The notes beneath the pieces are model-generated. The model did no database searches. It was given only the letters and a program-made list of their open reading frames with translations, and was not told where the DNA came from. DNA of 64,000 nucleotides from Desulfobacterales bacterium (GTDB taxonomy: Bacteria > Desulfobacterota > Desulfobacteria > Desulfobacterales > JAIPEE01), in NCBI GenBank assembly GCA_021737275.1, contig JAIPEE010000008.1:24655-88654 (forward strand). The letters are read 5' to 3'. Positions 42,539 through 52,742 of this stretch are shown here, piece by piece (position 1 is the first letter of the stretch; each line of letters opens with the position of its first letter). Made by a program: the position numbers and the translations under genes.

Positions 42539-43960
42539 ATGAATCAACGGTATCTTTATATACACACCATCGGATGTCAGATGAATGTCTATGACTCCGA
42601 AAGGATTATCCGCCTGTTAAAACCGGAAGGGTTTATCCGTACGGATTTTCCGGAAAAGGCTGATCTGATAATCCTGAATACCTGTGCGATAAGGGAAAAG
42701 GCTGAGCAGAAGGCTTTTAGCTTTTTGGGCCGTCTATCCAAACTCAAAAAGAAAAACCCGGAACTGCTTGTCGGTGTCGGCGGCTGTGTTGCACAGCAGG
42801 AAGCTGAAAAAGCGCTTTCCCGTGTTCCCAGTATTGATTTTGTTTTTGGTACTCATGCCGTTCCACGGATTGCCGAAATTATAAACAGGGTTGAGGTTGA
42901 GGGCCGGAGAATCGTTGATGTTAAAATGTCTGACGAAATCAATGAATCCGGAAGAGGGGTTGATGATACGGAAAACAGCACCGTTTCGAGATTTGTAACC
43001 ATCATGCGCGGGTGCGACAACTTTTGCACATATTGTGTTGTTCCTCATGTCAGAGGAAGTGAAGCCAGCAGAAAACCTGATAGTATCGTAAATGAAGTAA
43101 AGGCACTTGTGGATGCCGGGGTCAGGGAAGTGACGCTTCTGGGACAGAATGTAAACAGCTATGGTACAAAGGAAGGGTTATGTTCCTTTCCTGAACTCCT
43201 ATCCAGAGTTAATGACGTGACGGGAATTGGTCGGGTTCGGTTTACAACGTCGCATCCCAAAGATATGTCGGATGAACTGATTGATTCATTTCAAAACCTT
43301 GATAAGTTGTGTAACCATATTCACCTGCCTGTTCAATCCGGCTCAGACAGAGTCCTTAAAAAGATGAATCGGAAATATACTAGGGATCAGTATCTTGATA
43401 AAATCATGCGTCTGAAAAAAGTTTGCCCCGACATTGCGATTACATCAGATTTTATTGTCGGTTTTCCGGGAGAGATGGAAGACGATTTCCAGGAGACGAT
43501 AAAACTGATAGAAACTGTCGGATACGACGGGCTCTTTGCGTTCAAATATTCAGACCGTCCCAGCGCGCCTGCAAGAAGCTTTTCTGGAAAAGTGCCGGAA
43601 GATATTAAAAAGAAACGCCTTAAAGTTTTGCTCGAACTGCAGGAATCAATTACAGCCGAGAAAAACAAAATGCTTGTGGGGCAAACTGTGCAGGTTCTTG
43701 TAGAAGGTTTCAGCAAAAAACAGGGTAATGAGACATTAACCGATAAGCTCGGCAAAACTCAGTGGTCCGGGCGAACAGTTGCGCATAAAATCGTCAATTT
43801 TTATGGTTCCGATGAGAATGAAAACTTACCGGAAATCTCAATAGGGCAATTGGTTGATGTCAGAATTGAAAAGGCTCTCGCACATTCTCTCTGGGGAATA
43901 TGCACCCATATTGATCACGATACCCGTGATGAAAAAGGAGATAAGCACTATGCTGCATGA
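42539..43960 (+). CDS. miaB: tRNA-2-methylthio-N6-dimethylallyladenosine synthase
   Basis: IHTIGCQMN; radical-SAM CDNFCTYC; C-terminal TRAM domain. Confidence 0.9.
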   Translation: MNQRYLYIHTIGCQMNVYDSERIIRLLKPEGFIRTDFPEKADLIILNTCAIREKAEQKAFSFLGRLSKLKKKNPELLVGVGGCVAQQEAEKALSRVPSIDFVFGTHAVPRIAEIINRVEVEGRRIVDVKMSDEINESGRGVDDTENSTVSRFVTIMRGCDNFCTYCVVPHVRGSEASRKPDSIVNEVKALVDAGVREVTLLGQNVNSYGTKEGLCSFPELLSRVNDVTGIGRVRFTTSHPKDMSDELIDSFQNLDKLCNHIHLPVQSGSDRVLKKMNRKYTRDQYLDKIMRLKKVCPDIAITSDFIVGFPGEMEDDFQETIKLIETVGYDGLFAFKYSDRPSAPARSFSGKVPEDIKKKRLKVLLELQESITAEKNKMLVGQTVQVLVEGFSKKQGNETLTDKLGKTQWSGRTVAHKIVNFYGSDENENLPEISIGQLVDVRIEKALAHSLWGICTHIDHDTRDEKGDKHYAA

Positions 43961-44453
43961 AGCAACAATAGACGGTATGATTATGGATCCGGTGTCTAAT
44001 AGCCCGATTGTCATCCTCAAGTTGCTTGGCAGTGACCAGTCTGTTCCGATATGGATCGGCCTTCTTGAAGCCACATCAATTGCATCGGCCCTTCAGGATA
44101 CAACTTTTGACAGACCCATGACCCATGATCTTTTTAAGAACTTTATGGAAACGGTTGATGTAAATGTACTTAAAATAGAAGTTTCTGATTTGGTTGATAA
44201 CACTTATTATGCAAAAATCTATTTTGTTTCAGATGAACAGGATTTTGTGCTTGATTCAAGGCCAAGCGATGCCATTGCCATTGCCGTTCGATTAAAGGCC
44301 CCGATATTCATTGATGACCAGGTTCTTGAAAAATCAAAACAGTCGCCGCCGGATGGTGATGCAGAGGTGGCTGATAAAAGTGATGAGGGTAAAAAGTGGG
44401 CCGAGTATCTTGAAAATTTGTCTCCGGATGATTTTGGTAAATTCAAAATTTAA
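43950..44453 (+). CDS. Bifunctional nuclease family protein (DUF151)
   Basis: Start moved to ATG 43950 (AAAGGAG RBS; overlaps the miaB end). PIVILK...VPIWIG..EA.SIA; RPMTHDL. Confidence 0.8.
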   Translation: MLHEATIDGMIMDPVSNSPIVILKLLGSDQSVPIWIGLLEATSIASALQDTTFDRPMTHDLFKNFMETVDVNVLKIEVSDLVDNTYYAKIYFVSDEQDFVLDSRPSDAIAIAVRLKAPIFIDDQVLEKSKQSPPDGDAEVADKSDEGKKWAEYLENLSPDDFGKFKI

Positions 44454-44975
44454 AAATTTTACTAAAAATTCTATTGTCGTAATTATTGATGTGTTAATTT
44501 TACTAAATTATAACTATTCCTGATATTTGATCAGTACTAAATCGCCATCACGAAAAAAATCGTACGAAATAAACTATCAGTAAAAGCCTTGCCCCGACAG
44601 TTTCCCCCGGATATCCGTACTAATTACTTAAGACGCTGAATTGACTTATTCTTTTGGCAATAAACATATTAAGCTACAAAACAATGAGTATGATCAACTT
44701 TTTTGGAATAATTATCATTGCCAACGTTAAATCGTTTATTTTGAGAAAACGAAATCCGACAATCGCCATCCGGACAAATACGAATATTATACAAATAAAA
44801 AAAAATTATATGAAGGGAATCAAGTGGTAAACATTTACGAGAGTATTACATAACTGATTGAATTTGGACCCTTTTATCCGGTTTGAAAGGGTCTATCAGA
44901 TGTGAAATCGTTGCAGAAATAGGCTGAGCAATGCTTTGACCTTGATAATTATCCTAATATTTTTTGATAAAGAGC

Positions 44976-45004
44976 TTGACATTACATCAGTATTTGCATA
45001 AAAA
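44976..45004 (+). promoter_or_regulatory. Candidate sigma70 promoter for the ABC operon
   Basis: TTGACA (44976..44981), 17-nt spacer, TAAAAA (44999..45004), about 145 nt upstream of the GTG start. Confidence 0.3.
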
Positions 45005-45148
45005 AAATTGTTTCCTATTTGGGGTTAGGATTTTTTTCCGTGTGTCGGGTTTTTTGGGTATAAATTATTGATAATTCAACAAATAGGTCTATAGAAATAC
45101 TGTTTTTTATTTCGATAGACAACCGCAAAAAATGTCGTAGGAGGAGCT

Positions 45149-46126
45149 GTGGGTTTTAAGGGCTTTATTTTAAAAAAAGCAATTGCAGCGATCATCACAG
45201 TTGTTGTAATTGTTTGTGTCAATTTTGTGATATTTCGAATAGCACCTGGTGATCCAATTCGAATGATGTTTCGTGATCCACGAATCAGTGCTGAGCAGCT
45301 TGAAGAGATGAGACATAAATATCATCTTGATGGTTCGATGGGCGAGCAGTTTGTTTACTACATGAAAAGTATGGCCCAAGGAGATCTTGGTATTTCATTT
45401 GGGAGTAAACGACCTGTCCTTGAGCTTATCATCGAGCGTGTTCCAAATACGTTGATGCTTGTGCTGACGGCGTTAACGTGTGCAATTTTTATAGGGATAT
45501 CATTGGGGGCCTTCGCGGGATGGCGAAGCGGTACTAAGATCGATACAATGATCCTGTCTACTGCGCTAGCATTTTATTCCATTCCAACATTTGCCTTAGG
45601 AATTTTGCTTTTACTACTTTTTGCTTACGTCATACCCATATTTCCACTCGGTGGTATGGTTACCCCGGCAGCCGGTCTTCACGGGTTTGCCTATCTTAGA
45701 GATCTTCTCTGGCATATGTGTCTGCCTGCTTTTACCGTTACACTTTGGTATATTGGCGAATATGTTCTCTTTACGAGAAGTTCAATGATGGATGTACTCC
45801 ATCAGGATTTTATTCTAACTGCCCGTGCCAAGGGTCTCAAGGAATCTGTCGTTTTAAGAACACATGCCCTGAGAAATGCATTATTGCCGGTTGTTACCAT
45901 TACCGGTGTTAACCTTGGTTTTGCAGTTGCCGGCGTTATCGAGGCTGAAACAGTTTATTCATGGCCGGGTGCAGGTATGCTCGTTTATGATGCGGTAATG
46001 AAACGTGACTATCCCTTGTTACAGGGAGTTTTCTTGTTGTTTGCCTGTTCCGTTGTTTTGGCGAATTTTACCATTGACTTGATTTATGGCTACATAGATC
46101 CAAGAATTAAAGTGGGAGAAGGTTGA
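45149..46126 (+). CDS. Dpp/Opp-type ABC transporter permease (DppB-like)
   Basis: GTG start after AGGAGGAG; FRIAPGDP N-terminal motif; six TM helices. Confidence 0.85.
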   Translation: MGFKGFILKKAIAAIITVVVIVCVNFVIFRIAPGDPIRMMFRDPRISAEQLEEMRHKYHLDGSMGEQFVYYMKSMAQGDLGISFGSKRPVLELIIERVPNTLMLVLTALTCAIFIGISLGAFAGWRSGTKIDTMILSTALAFYSIPTFALGILLLLLFAYVIPIFPLGGMVTPAAGLHGFAYLRDLLWHMCLPAFTVTLWYIGEYVLFTRSSMMDVLHQDFILTARAKGLKESVVLRTHALRNALLPVVTITGVNLGFAVAGVIEAETVYSWPGAGMLVYDAVMKRDYPLLQGVFLLFACSVVLANFTIDLIYGYIDPRIKVGEG

Positions 46127-46130
46127 TAAT

Positions 46131-47009
46131 ATGCGCAGATTCAAAAGATTTTTAAGAACAGCCGGAGAGTTTTTTCATTTGCTTTTCACTCACTATATGG
46201 GTCTCTTTGGCACAATAATTCTGGTAATAATGATTTCAGGAGCAGTTTTTGCTCCCTTTCTGGGTACGATAGATCCTCAAATGTCCGGTGACTTTGAGAA
46301 TGTACTGGTTTCACCCAATGCCAACAACTGGTTCGGTACTGATGATCTGGCACGAGATGTATACAGCCAGTTATTATATGGAACCCGTATATCGTTGATG
46401 ATTGGTTTGGTTGCAGCCTCCATTGCGGTTAGTATTGGGGCTTTTGTTGGCCTGATTGCAGGCTTTTATGGTGGAAGGATCGATAATGTTCTTATGAAAA
46501 TCGTCGATTTTGTAATGACATTGCCCCACCTTCCGCTTTTGATTACTTTGGCCGCAATAATCGGACCCAGTGTATGGAATGTCGTGTTCGTAGTTGGGGG
46601 GATCTATTGGCCGGGTATTGCCAGGGTTGTTCGTTCCCAGGTATTGTCTATAAAAGAACGTCCTTTTATTGAAGCTTCCCGCTGCATTGGTGGTAGTAAT
46701 GCCTATCTTATGTTCGGTGAGATCCTGCCTAATGTTGTTCCTATCATGTTTGCAGAAGCTGTTTTAATGATTACCGAAGCCATTTACGCAGAAGCTGTCT
46801 TGAGCTTCCTTGGTCTGGGAGATCCGACAACAATCAGCTGGGGCTCAATGCTTCATTTTGCATTTGAATCCGGCGTAATGTCCAGTGCGTTGTGGTGGGT
46901 TCTTCCGCCAATTATGGCTATCATTACGCTGATTGTTGCTTTCAGCCTTTTAGGTACGGCTATAACTGATGTTATGAAACCTGGCTATAAAGAGATGAGA
47001 GGTTTCTAA
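46131..47009 (+). CDS. Dpp/Opp-type ABC transporter permease (DppC-like)
   Basis: GTDDLARDVYSQLLYG motif; EAS..G EAA-loop region. Confidence 0.85.
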   Translation: MRRFKRFLRTAGEFFHLLFTHYMGLFGTIILVIMISGAVFAPFLGTIDPQMSGDFENVLVSPNANNWFGTDDLARDVYSQLLYGTRISLMIGLVAASIAVSIGAFVGLIAGFYGGRIDNVLMKIVDFVMTLPHLPLLITLAAIIGPSVWNVVFVVGGIYWPGIARVVRSQVLSIKERPFIEASRCIGGSNAYLMFGEILPNVVPIMFAEAVLMITEAIYAEAVLSFLGLGDPTTISWGSMLHFAFESGVMSSALWWVLPPIMAIITLIVAFSLLGTAITDVMKPGYKEMRGF

Positions 47010-47056
47010 ACCGGGTTTGGCTACTATTAACCGGACAAAAAATATGAGGTTTATAA

Positions 47057-48007
47057 ATGGCATTGCTTGATGTTCAAAACTTGAAATTGTATTTTTTTAC
47101 ACGCAGGGGTGCTGCCAAGGCTGTTGATGATGTCAGTTTTGGTATTGAAAAAAATGAGACGATGGGTTTGATCGGTGAATCCGGTTGCGGTAAAACAACT
47201 GCAGCATTAACGTTCATGCGATTTGTTAAAAAGCCCGGTAAGCTGGTTGGCGGTCATGTATATTTTGAAGGCCGTGATATTGCAACCGCTAGTGAAGAAG
47301 AAATGCGAAAATTGAGAGGAAAAGAAATCTCAATTGTTCGCCAGGAAGCTCAGAATGCATTAAACCCTGTTTTAAGAATTGGCAAACAGATTACGGAAAT
47401 GATTCTTGAACATGAGAATGTTTCAAACTCGGAAGCCATGGATCGGGCCAAAGAACAGCTTAATCTGGTTGGGATCAATGAAAAACGCATCAACTGTTAT
47501 CCGCATGAGTTTAGTGGTGGTATGAAACAGCGTGCAATGGTTGCCATTGCAACAGCCTGTAACCCCAAGTTCTTAATTCTGGATGAACCGACAACCGGCC
47601 TTGATGTTATTGTACAGCGTCAGTTGCTGATGATGATCAATGATCTCAGGGAAAAACTCCACCTTACTGCAATTTTTATTTCACATGACCTTGCTGTAAT
47701 CGCAGAGACCTGTGACAAGGTAGCCGTTATGTATGCCGGTAAAATTGTTGAAATGTCAGATGTCGTTACCATGTATAAAGATCCGTTGCACCCATACAGT
47801 AAGGCTTTGATCGGTGCTTATCCGAGCCTTAAGGGCGCAAAACGTAAACTGTACAGTATTCCCGGTGCTCCTCCCGGTCTGATTAATCCACCGGAAGGTT
47901 GTCGTTTTGCGCCACGATGTGAATACGCCATGGATATTTGTACAAAAGAAGAACCTCTAATGGTTGAAAAAGAGGGCCGTAAAGTAGCCTGTCACCTGAT
48001 TAAGTAG
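47057..48007 (+). CDS. Dpp/Opp-type ABC transporter ATP-binding protein (DppD-like)
   Basis: GESGCGKT, FSGGMKQR and LILDEPTT motifs; C-terminal GCRFAPRC...C motif. Confidence 0.9.
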   Translation: MALLDVQNLKLYFFTRRGAAKAVDDVSFGIEKNETMGLIGESGCGKTTAALTFMRFVKKPGKLVGGHVYFEGRDIATASEEEMRKLRGKEISIVRQEAQNALNPVLRIGKQITEMILEHENVSNSEAMDRAKEQLNLVGINEKRINCYPHEFSGGMKQRAMVAIATACNPKFLILDEPTTGLDVIVQRQLLMMINDLREKLHLTAIFISHDLAVIAETCDKVAVMYAGKIVEMSDVVTMYKDPLHPYSKALIGAYPSLKGAKRKLYSIPGAPPGLINPPEGCRFAPRCEYAMDICTKEEPLMVEKEGRKVACHLIK

Positions 48008-48016
48008 GAAGAGACT

Positions 48017-49018
48017 ATGAAAAAAGATGAAATACTAAAAATAGAGAACCTTAAGAAATATTTTCCGATGAAGAAAGGTTTTGCAGAATTATTCAGTAGA
48101 AAAAAATCTGCTGAATTTTTTCGTGCGGTTGATGATGTCTCCTTTACGCTAAATTCAGGAGAGATACTTGGTTTTGTTGGTGAGAGTGGGTGCGGCAAAA
48201 CAACACTTGGCAGAACCTTGCTCAGACTGGTCGAACCAACCAGCGGTAAAATAACATTTGACGGGGTAGATGTTACTAAGCTGAGCAGAAAAGATATGAA
48301 GAAGATGCGGAAGAATATGCAGATGATCTTCCAGGATCCCTTTGGTTCATTGAATCCCAGGCGTACTGTTTCCGAGACAGTAAAGCAGACAATCCGTATT
48401 CACAAAATGGCACACACCCGCCAGGAAGAAAATGATTTGATTAAAAGCACCCTTGAAGATGTTGAACTGAAACCGGCAGAAGAGTACTGGGCTAAATACC
48501 CCGATCTGCTCAGTGGCGGTCAGCGCCAGAGGGTTTGTTTAGGTCGTGTTATGGCTCTTGAGCCGAAGTTCATTGTTGCAGACGAACCTATATCCATGCT
48601 GGATGTTTCTGTTCGTATCGGTATTCTGGACCTGATGAAGAAAATGCAGGAAGAACATGGGACCTCTTTTGTTTATATCACCCATGACCTCATCAGTGCC
48701 CGTTATATCTGTGATAGAATTGCAATCATGTATCTGGGCAAAATCGTTGAAATGGGTGAAACCGAAAAGGTCATCCATAATCCGCTTCATCCATATACAC
48801 GAGCGCTGATAACTGCTGTGCCGCTTCCGGATCCTGAAGAGGAACTGTCAGATGTACCGATTAAGGGTTATGTGCCTATGTCGGCAGATCAGAAAATTGT
48901 CGGATGTCGTTTTCATCCGCGTTGTCCTGTTGGACAAGATAAATGCCTCAAGGAAGATAAAAAACTGATTGAGGTTGATGAAGATCATTATGTAGCATGT
49001 ACAGCTAATTTTAGCTGA
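48017..49018 (+). CDS. Dpp/Opp-type ABC transporter ATP-binding protein (DppF-like)
   Basis: GESGCGKTT, LSGGQRQR and IVADEPIS motifs; C-terminal GCRFHPRCP motif. Confidence 0.9.
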   Translation: MKKDEILKIENLKKYFPMKKGFAELFSRKKSAEFFRAVDDVSFTLNSGEILGFVGESGCGKTTLGRTLLRLVEPTSGKITFDGVDVTKLSRKDMKKMRKNMQMIFQDPFGSLNPRRTVSETVKQTIRIHKMAHTRQEENDLIKSTLEDVELKPAEEYWAKYPDLLSGGQRQRVCLGRVMALEPKFIVADEPISMLDVSVRIGILDLMKKMQEEHGTSFVYITHDLISARYICDRIAIMYLGKIVEMGETEKVIHNPLHPYTRALITAVPLPDPEEELSDVPIKGYVPMSADQKIVGCRFHPRCPVGQDKCLKEDKKLIEVDEDHYVACTANFS

Positions 49019-49062
49019 TTTTATTAACTTTTAAAAATACACTTGGGGAAGAGTGAGGTGAT

Positions 49063-49689
49063 ATGCCGGTTCAGGATATTTATAAAGCAGTTATAGACTT
49101 TAAAGACAGTGAAATCGCTAATCTGGTTCAGGCTGAAGTTGATGCCGGTACAGATGTTTCTTCAATATTAAATGACGGTCTTATTGGTGCAATGGATGAA
49201 GTCGGCAAGCTTTTTGGTGAAGGCCGGCTTTTTGTACCTGAGATGCTGATGGCCGCACAGACCATGAAAGCAGGGCTTGAGATTATTCGCCCCCTTCTGG
49301 GCGGTGCAGATGCAAAACCCAGGGGCACTGTTGTAATTGGCACTGTAAAAGGAGATCTTCATGACATTGGAAAAAATCTTGTTGCTATGATGCTTGAAGG
49401 TGCCGGCTTTACAATTGTTGATCTCGGTGTTGACGTTGAGCCGCAGGCATTTCTTGATGCAGCCAAAGAAAATGAAGCACAGCTCATTGCTATGTCAGCA
49501 TTGTTGACCACTACCATGCCTGCCATGGAAGAGTGTGTCAAAATAGTAAAAGAAGCCGGTTTGGATACCAAACTTGTTATTGGTGGCGCGCCGGTTACAC
49601 AGGCTTATGCAGATAAAATTAATGCAGATGGTTATAGTGCCGATGCACCTGGTGCCGTATCTCTTGCAAGAAAGATTGTGCCTTCCTGA
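49063..49689 (+). CDS. Cobalamin-binding corrinoid protein (MtaC/MtbC-like)
   Basis: B12-binding DxHxxG (GDLHDIGKN), SALLTTT and IGGAP motifs. N-terminal helical cap. No signal peptide. Confidence 0.85.
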   Translation: MPVQDIYKAVIDFKDSEIANLVQAEVDAGTDVSSILNDGLIGAMDEVGKLFGEGRLFVPEMLMAAQTMKAGLEIIRPLLGGADAKPRGTVVIGTVKGDLHDIGKNLVAMMLEGAGFTIVDLGVDVEPQAFLDAAKENEAQLIAMSALLTTTMPAMEECVKIVKEAGLDTKLVIGGAPVTQAYADKINADGYSADAPGAVSLARKIVPS

Positions 49690-49716
49690 TAAGTCAGTAA
49701 AAATAAACCAATAAAA

Positions 49717-49744
49717 AAAGGCCGCCTGGCTACAGGCGGCCTTT
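49717..49744. terminator. Bidirectional rho-independent terminator between convergent genes
   Basis: AAAGGCCGCCTG-GCTA-CAGGCGGCCTTT perfect 12-bp stem. The A7 run on the left gives a U-tract for the minus-strand gene. Confidence 0.85.
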
Positions 49745-49767
49745 AAGTATTTCAGAACTAAAAAATC

Positions 49768-51186
49768 TTACAGAACATCTTTTTCTGTAAGGTTTCCGAA
49801 AAGATCTTCTTCGGTGGGTTTTGTGTCGGCAATTGGTTCTGAAACCCATGTGTAATTCAGCATATGTTTGAAAGTAATATTTTCAGAGGCAGCATTGCCA
49901 CCCCATGTACCACAACCCAATGTCATTGTCATTGGCATGCCGTTTGTCCATGCGCCTGAGTTGGCAAGGCACTGAGGCTGTCTGACCATAACTCTGGAGG
50001 TTTTGATTTTTTCACCAAGTTCTTTAATGCGTTCAACATCGGTTGTGTGGATACCACAGGAATGGCCGGGGCCGCAGTAGGTTGTAATTTCATTTATCTT
50101 ATCAATTGCATCTGAAAACTCTTTATACTTGTAAACAGTGGTCGTTACAGACAGTTTTTCTCTTGAGAAAATATGTTCTTCACCAACGCCGGTTTCTTCA
50201 ACGATAAAGAATTTCTTATCAGCAGGTGCATCAATGCTCGCTTCTGCGGCAATTGCTGTAAAAGGTTGTGCAACAATTTTTGCACTTAATACATGGTCAT
50301 TGGGATAATTCGGCCACATTGCCTTAAGCAGTCTGGCTTTTTCATCTTCATTACAAAGATATCCACCCTCTTTTTTCATTGCTTCAAAAAGCTCATCATA
50401 AACAGATTCATGAACAACCAGTGCGTTTTCTGTTGAACAGCTTGTTGCATTGTCAAAGGTTTTAGATCTCATGATCATGTTGGCAACTTCTTTCATATCA
50501 CAAGTTTCATCAACGATAACAACGGCATTACCGGCACCTACACCCTGAGCCGGTGTTCCGCTAGAGTATGCTGCTTCAACCAGTCCGCCGCCGCCGGTTG
50601 CGATTACAAAGTCACACTGCTTCATGAGCTCATTTGTTGCTTCAAGGGAAAGTTTGTCGGGCGCAATGGTGATAATGAGATCTTCAGGATAACCGGCTTT
50701 TTTAAGTACGGCTCTCATTCTGTTCGTACATTTTTCATTTGTTACTTTTGTTCTTGGATGCGGTGCCATAATGATGGCATTTCTGGTTTTAATCGCACTG
50801 ATGGCTTTACAGAAAGGAGTTGCTTCAGGGTTTGTACATGGGATAACGCCGCCGATAACACCCATTGGTTTTGCAAATTTCATAATCCCTTTTTCTTTAT
50901 CATGCTCGACCAGTCCACATGTTTTGACGCCAATGGTGTCACGAAGGGTACCTTTGATTTTTGTATCCATTTTTAGAACTTTATGCGGTGCATGACCCAG
51001 TTTGCCTTCTTCAACACAAAAATTACAAAGCTCAGTTGTCCATTCCTGTCTTGTACCTGAAAAAGCAATCTTTTTACAGAGTTCATCAACTTCTTCCTGT
51101 GTAGCGAACTCAATCTCTGCCTGAGCTTTTTTGGCTCTTTCAACTAACCCTGCAATGTAAGCTGCAGCTTCTGATTTGTCTGCCAT
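49768..51186 (-). CDS. CoA-acylating aldehyde dehydrogenase family protein (EutE/PduP/SucD-like)
   Basis: 472 aa. IATGGGGLVEAAYSSGTPAQGVGAGN; FDNATSCSTEN catalytic Cys region. Confidence 0.75.
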   Translation of the reverse strand: MADKSEAAAYIAGLVERAKKAQAEIEFATQEEVDELCKKIAFSGTRQEWTTELCNFCVEEGKLGHAPHKVLKMDTKIKGTLRDTIGVKTCGLVEHDKEKGIMKFAKPMGVIGGVIPCTNPEATPFCKAISAIKTRNAIIMAPHPRTKVTNEKCTNRMRAVLKKAGYPEDLIITIAPDKLSLEATNELMKQCDFVIATGGGGLVEAAYSSGTPAQGVGAGNAVVIVDETCDMKEVANMIMRSKTFDNATSCSTENALVVHESVYDELFEAMKKEGGYLCNEDEKARLLKAMWPNYPNDHVLSAKIVAQPFTAIAAEASIDAPADKKFFIVEETGVGEEHIFSREKLSVTTTVYKYKEFSDAIDKINEITTYCGPGHSCGIHTTDVERIKELGEKIKTSRVMVRQPQCLANSGAWTNGMPMTMTLGCGTWGGNAASENITFKHMLNYTWVSEPIADTKPTEEDLFGNLTEKDVL

Positions 51187-51637
51187 TTTTTCGGTCCTCC
51201 TGAAAAATAAAATGCGTTATTAAAAATTATTGTATTAATCCTGTCATGTAACTTTGTTCTGTTGTAATCGGTTAATATTAATTGTATAAATTTTGGGTTA
51301 ACTATCGCTTGGTAACTGAATTTCCTGAATTGGGAGTTTCCTGTAGATTCTTGCAGGATGGTTCAATAAAGAAAAATTATCAATTAAATATCAATCCTGA
51401 TTTCTATCCACCCCCCTATATCCTTAACAATAAGATTATCTGTTTTTTATGGCGATAATTTTTTATCGGATTTTCAGTTTCACCATGAAAAACAAAATTT
51501 GATATGTGATATATCTAGCTGCATTATTAGAATAGATATGCCTTGTCAAGCGAAATGTTGATATACTCAAATATTGTAATATTAGAACATTTAAGCCTGT
51601 TTCCAATAGAACTGAAAATATTAAATTAATGTAAAAA

Positions 51638-52276
51638 TTATGGATGTTTCTTCTTTGAACGAAACCTGTTTAAAAGGTACCGGTATGGAAAAAGCATGGA
51701 GACTTTTTTCCTATATTTTTCATAGGGAATTCCAATTTCCTTAATCAGCTTTTTTTCTTCCAGGTTAGCGCCAACAATAAGATATATTGTTAATACAATG
51801 TTTGTTATTAGCGTCGAAAGATAAAGGGTGCCGGCGGCTGACCAGATAATTATAATTGCACCAAGATACCAGGGGTGGCGTGTTATTCCGAGAACGCCTG
51901 AAATATTCATATTTCCGGATTCAGACATCATCCTGCCGGATGAATTACCGCTTTGCGCCTGCCTTATACCTGTAAACTGCAATATATCATACTGTCTTGC
52001 ACCCGCATAAAACAGCAGTGCTGCTAAAGTAATAAATATGAATCTGAGGATATTAAAAAAACCATTCCATGTAAATATGGCAATTTCATGAATTGAATAC
52101 CCGTAAAATGCTATAGGAATGAATGTTAATAAGGCGATTATATTAAAAATGAGTCGATAAAATCGATAATCATCTCCAAGCTTGATCTTTAGATATCCGG
52201 TAACACTTATGGAGATCATTGCACTGTGAAGGGTACACCAGGCAATCCAGAAAATAATAAGATAAAAGTATTTCAT
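51638..52276 (-). CDS. Membrane methyltransferase family protein (ICMT/PEMT/NnrU-like)
   Basis: Five to six TM helices; GITRHPWYLG motif. Confidence 0.65.
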   Translation of the reverse strand: MKYFYLIIFWIAWCTLHSAMISISVTGYLKIKLGDDYRFYRLIFNIIALLTFIPIAFYGYSIHEIAIFTWNGFFNILRFIFITLAALLFYAGARQYDILQFTGIRQAQSGNSSGRMMSESGNMNISGVLGITRHPWYLGAIIIIWSAAGTLYLSTLITNIVLTIYLIVGANLEEKKLIKEIGIPYEKYRKKVSMLFPYRYLLNRFRSKKKHP

Positions 52277-52359
52277 AAATATTTTTTTTGAACGATTTTA
52301 TTTCAGATTTGAAAAAGAATATAAGCAGGCATTATCAAGTGTTGATAACGGATATAATT

Positions 52360-52728
52360 TTATTTTCCGCAATTGATACATATCTTTGTTAGCTGAAAAT
52401 GACCGCCGGGACGCCTCTGGTAATTAAAGCGAGATCGTTCAAGCGTAATCCGGACAACTTGATCCCTTACCAGAATGTGCCACTTATCATCACCGAGATT
52501 AGACATTACAACCTTGTCGCCTTGTTTAGCGCTTTTAAGTACCTGTGAAAACCTGTCCGCATCACAGACAAAGGCGGCATAGCTGGCATTTTTCGGTACA
52601 GCACTAATATTTTCTGAATAAGGACACAGACCAAGATGGTCATTAATTTCATCAAATGAAATATCAGAAGAGAACGCAACTGAGATACAGAAAAAAGTCA
52701 GGGCCAATATAATGGATATGGTTCTCAT
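52360..52728 (-). CDS. Hypothetical exported protein
   Basis: Signal peptide MRTISIILALTFFCISVAFS; C-terminal CINCGK. Confidence 0.5.
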   Translation of the reverse strand: MRTISIILALTFFCISVAFSSDISFDEINDHLGLCPYSENISAVPKNASYAAFVCDADRFSQVLKSAKQGDKVVMSNLGDDKWHILVRDQVVRITLERSRFNYQRRPGGHFQLTKICINCGK

Positions 52729-52742
52729 GTTGATCCTTTAGC

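Noticed and set aside
44920-44955. TPP-riboswitch-like string (GCTGAGC ... TTTGACCTTGATAATTATCC)
   Set aside because: It only loosely resembles the CUGAGA and ACCUGAUCUGGAUAAUGCCAGC cores. The required pairing partners are missing, and it lies upstream of the best promoter candidate.
44454-45148. Cobalamin riboswitch ahead of the ABC/corrinoid operon
   Set aside because: No B12-box-like GCCACTG/AGYCMGG..CCKGC sequence is seen anywhere in the gap.
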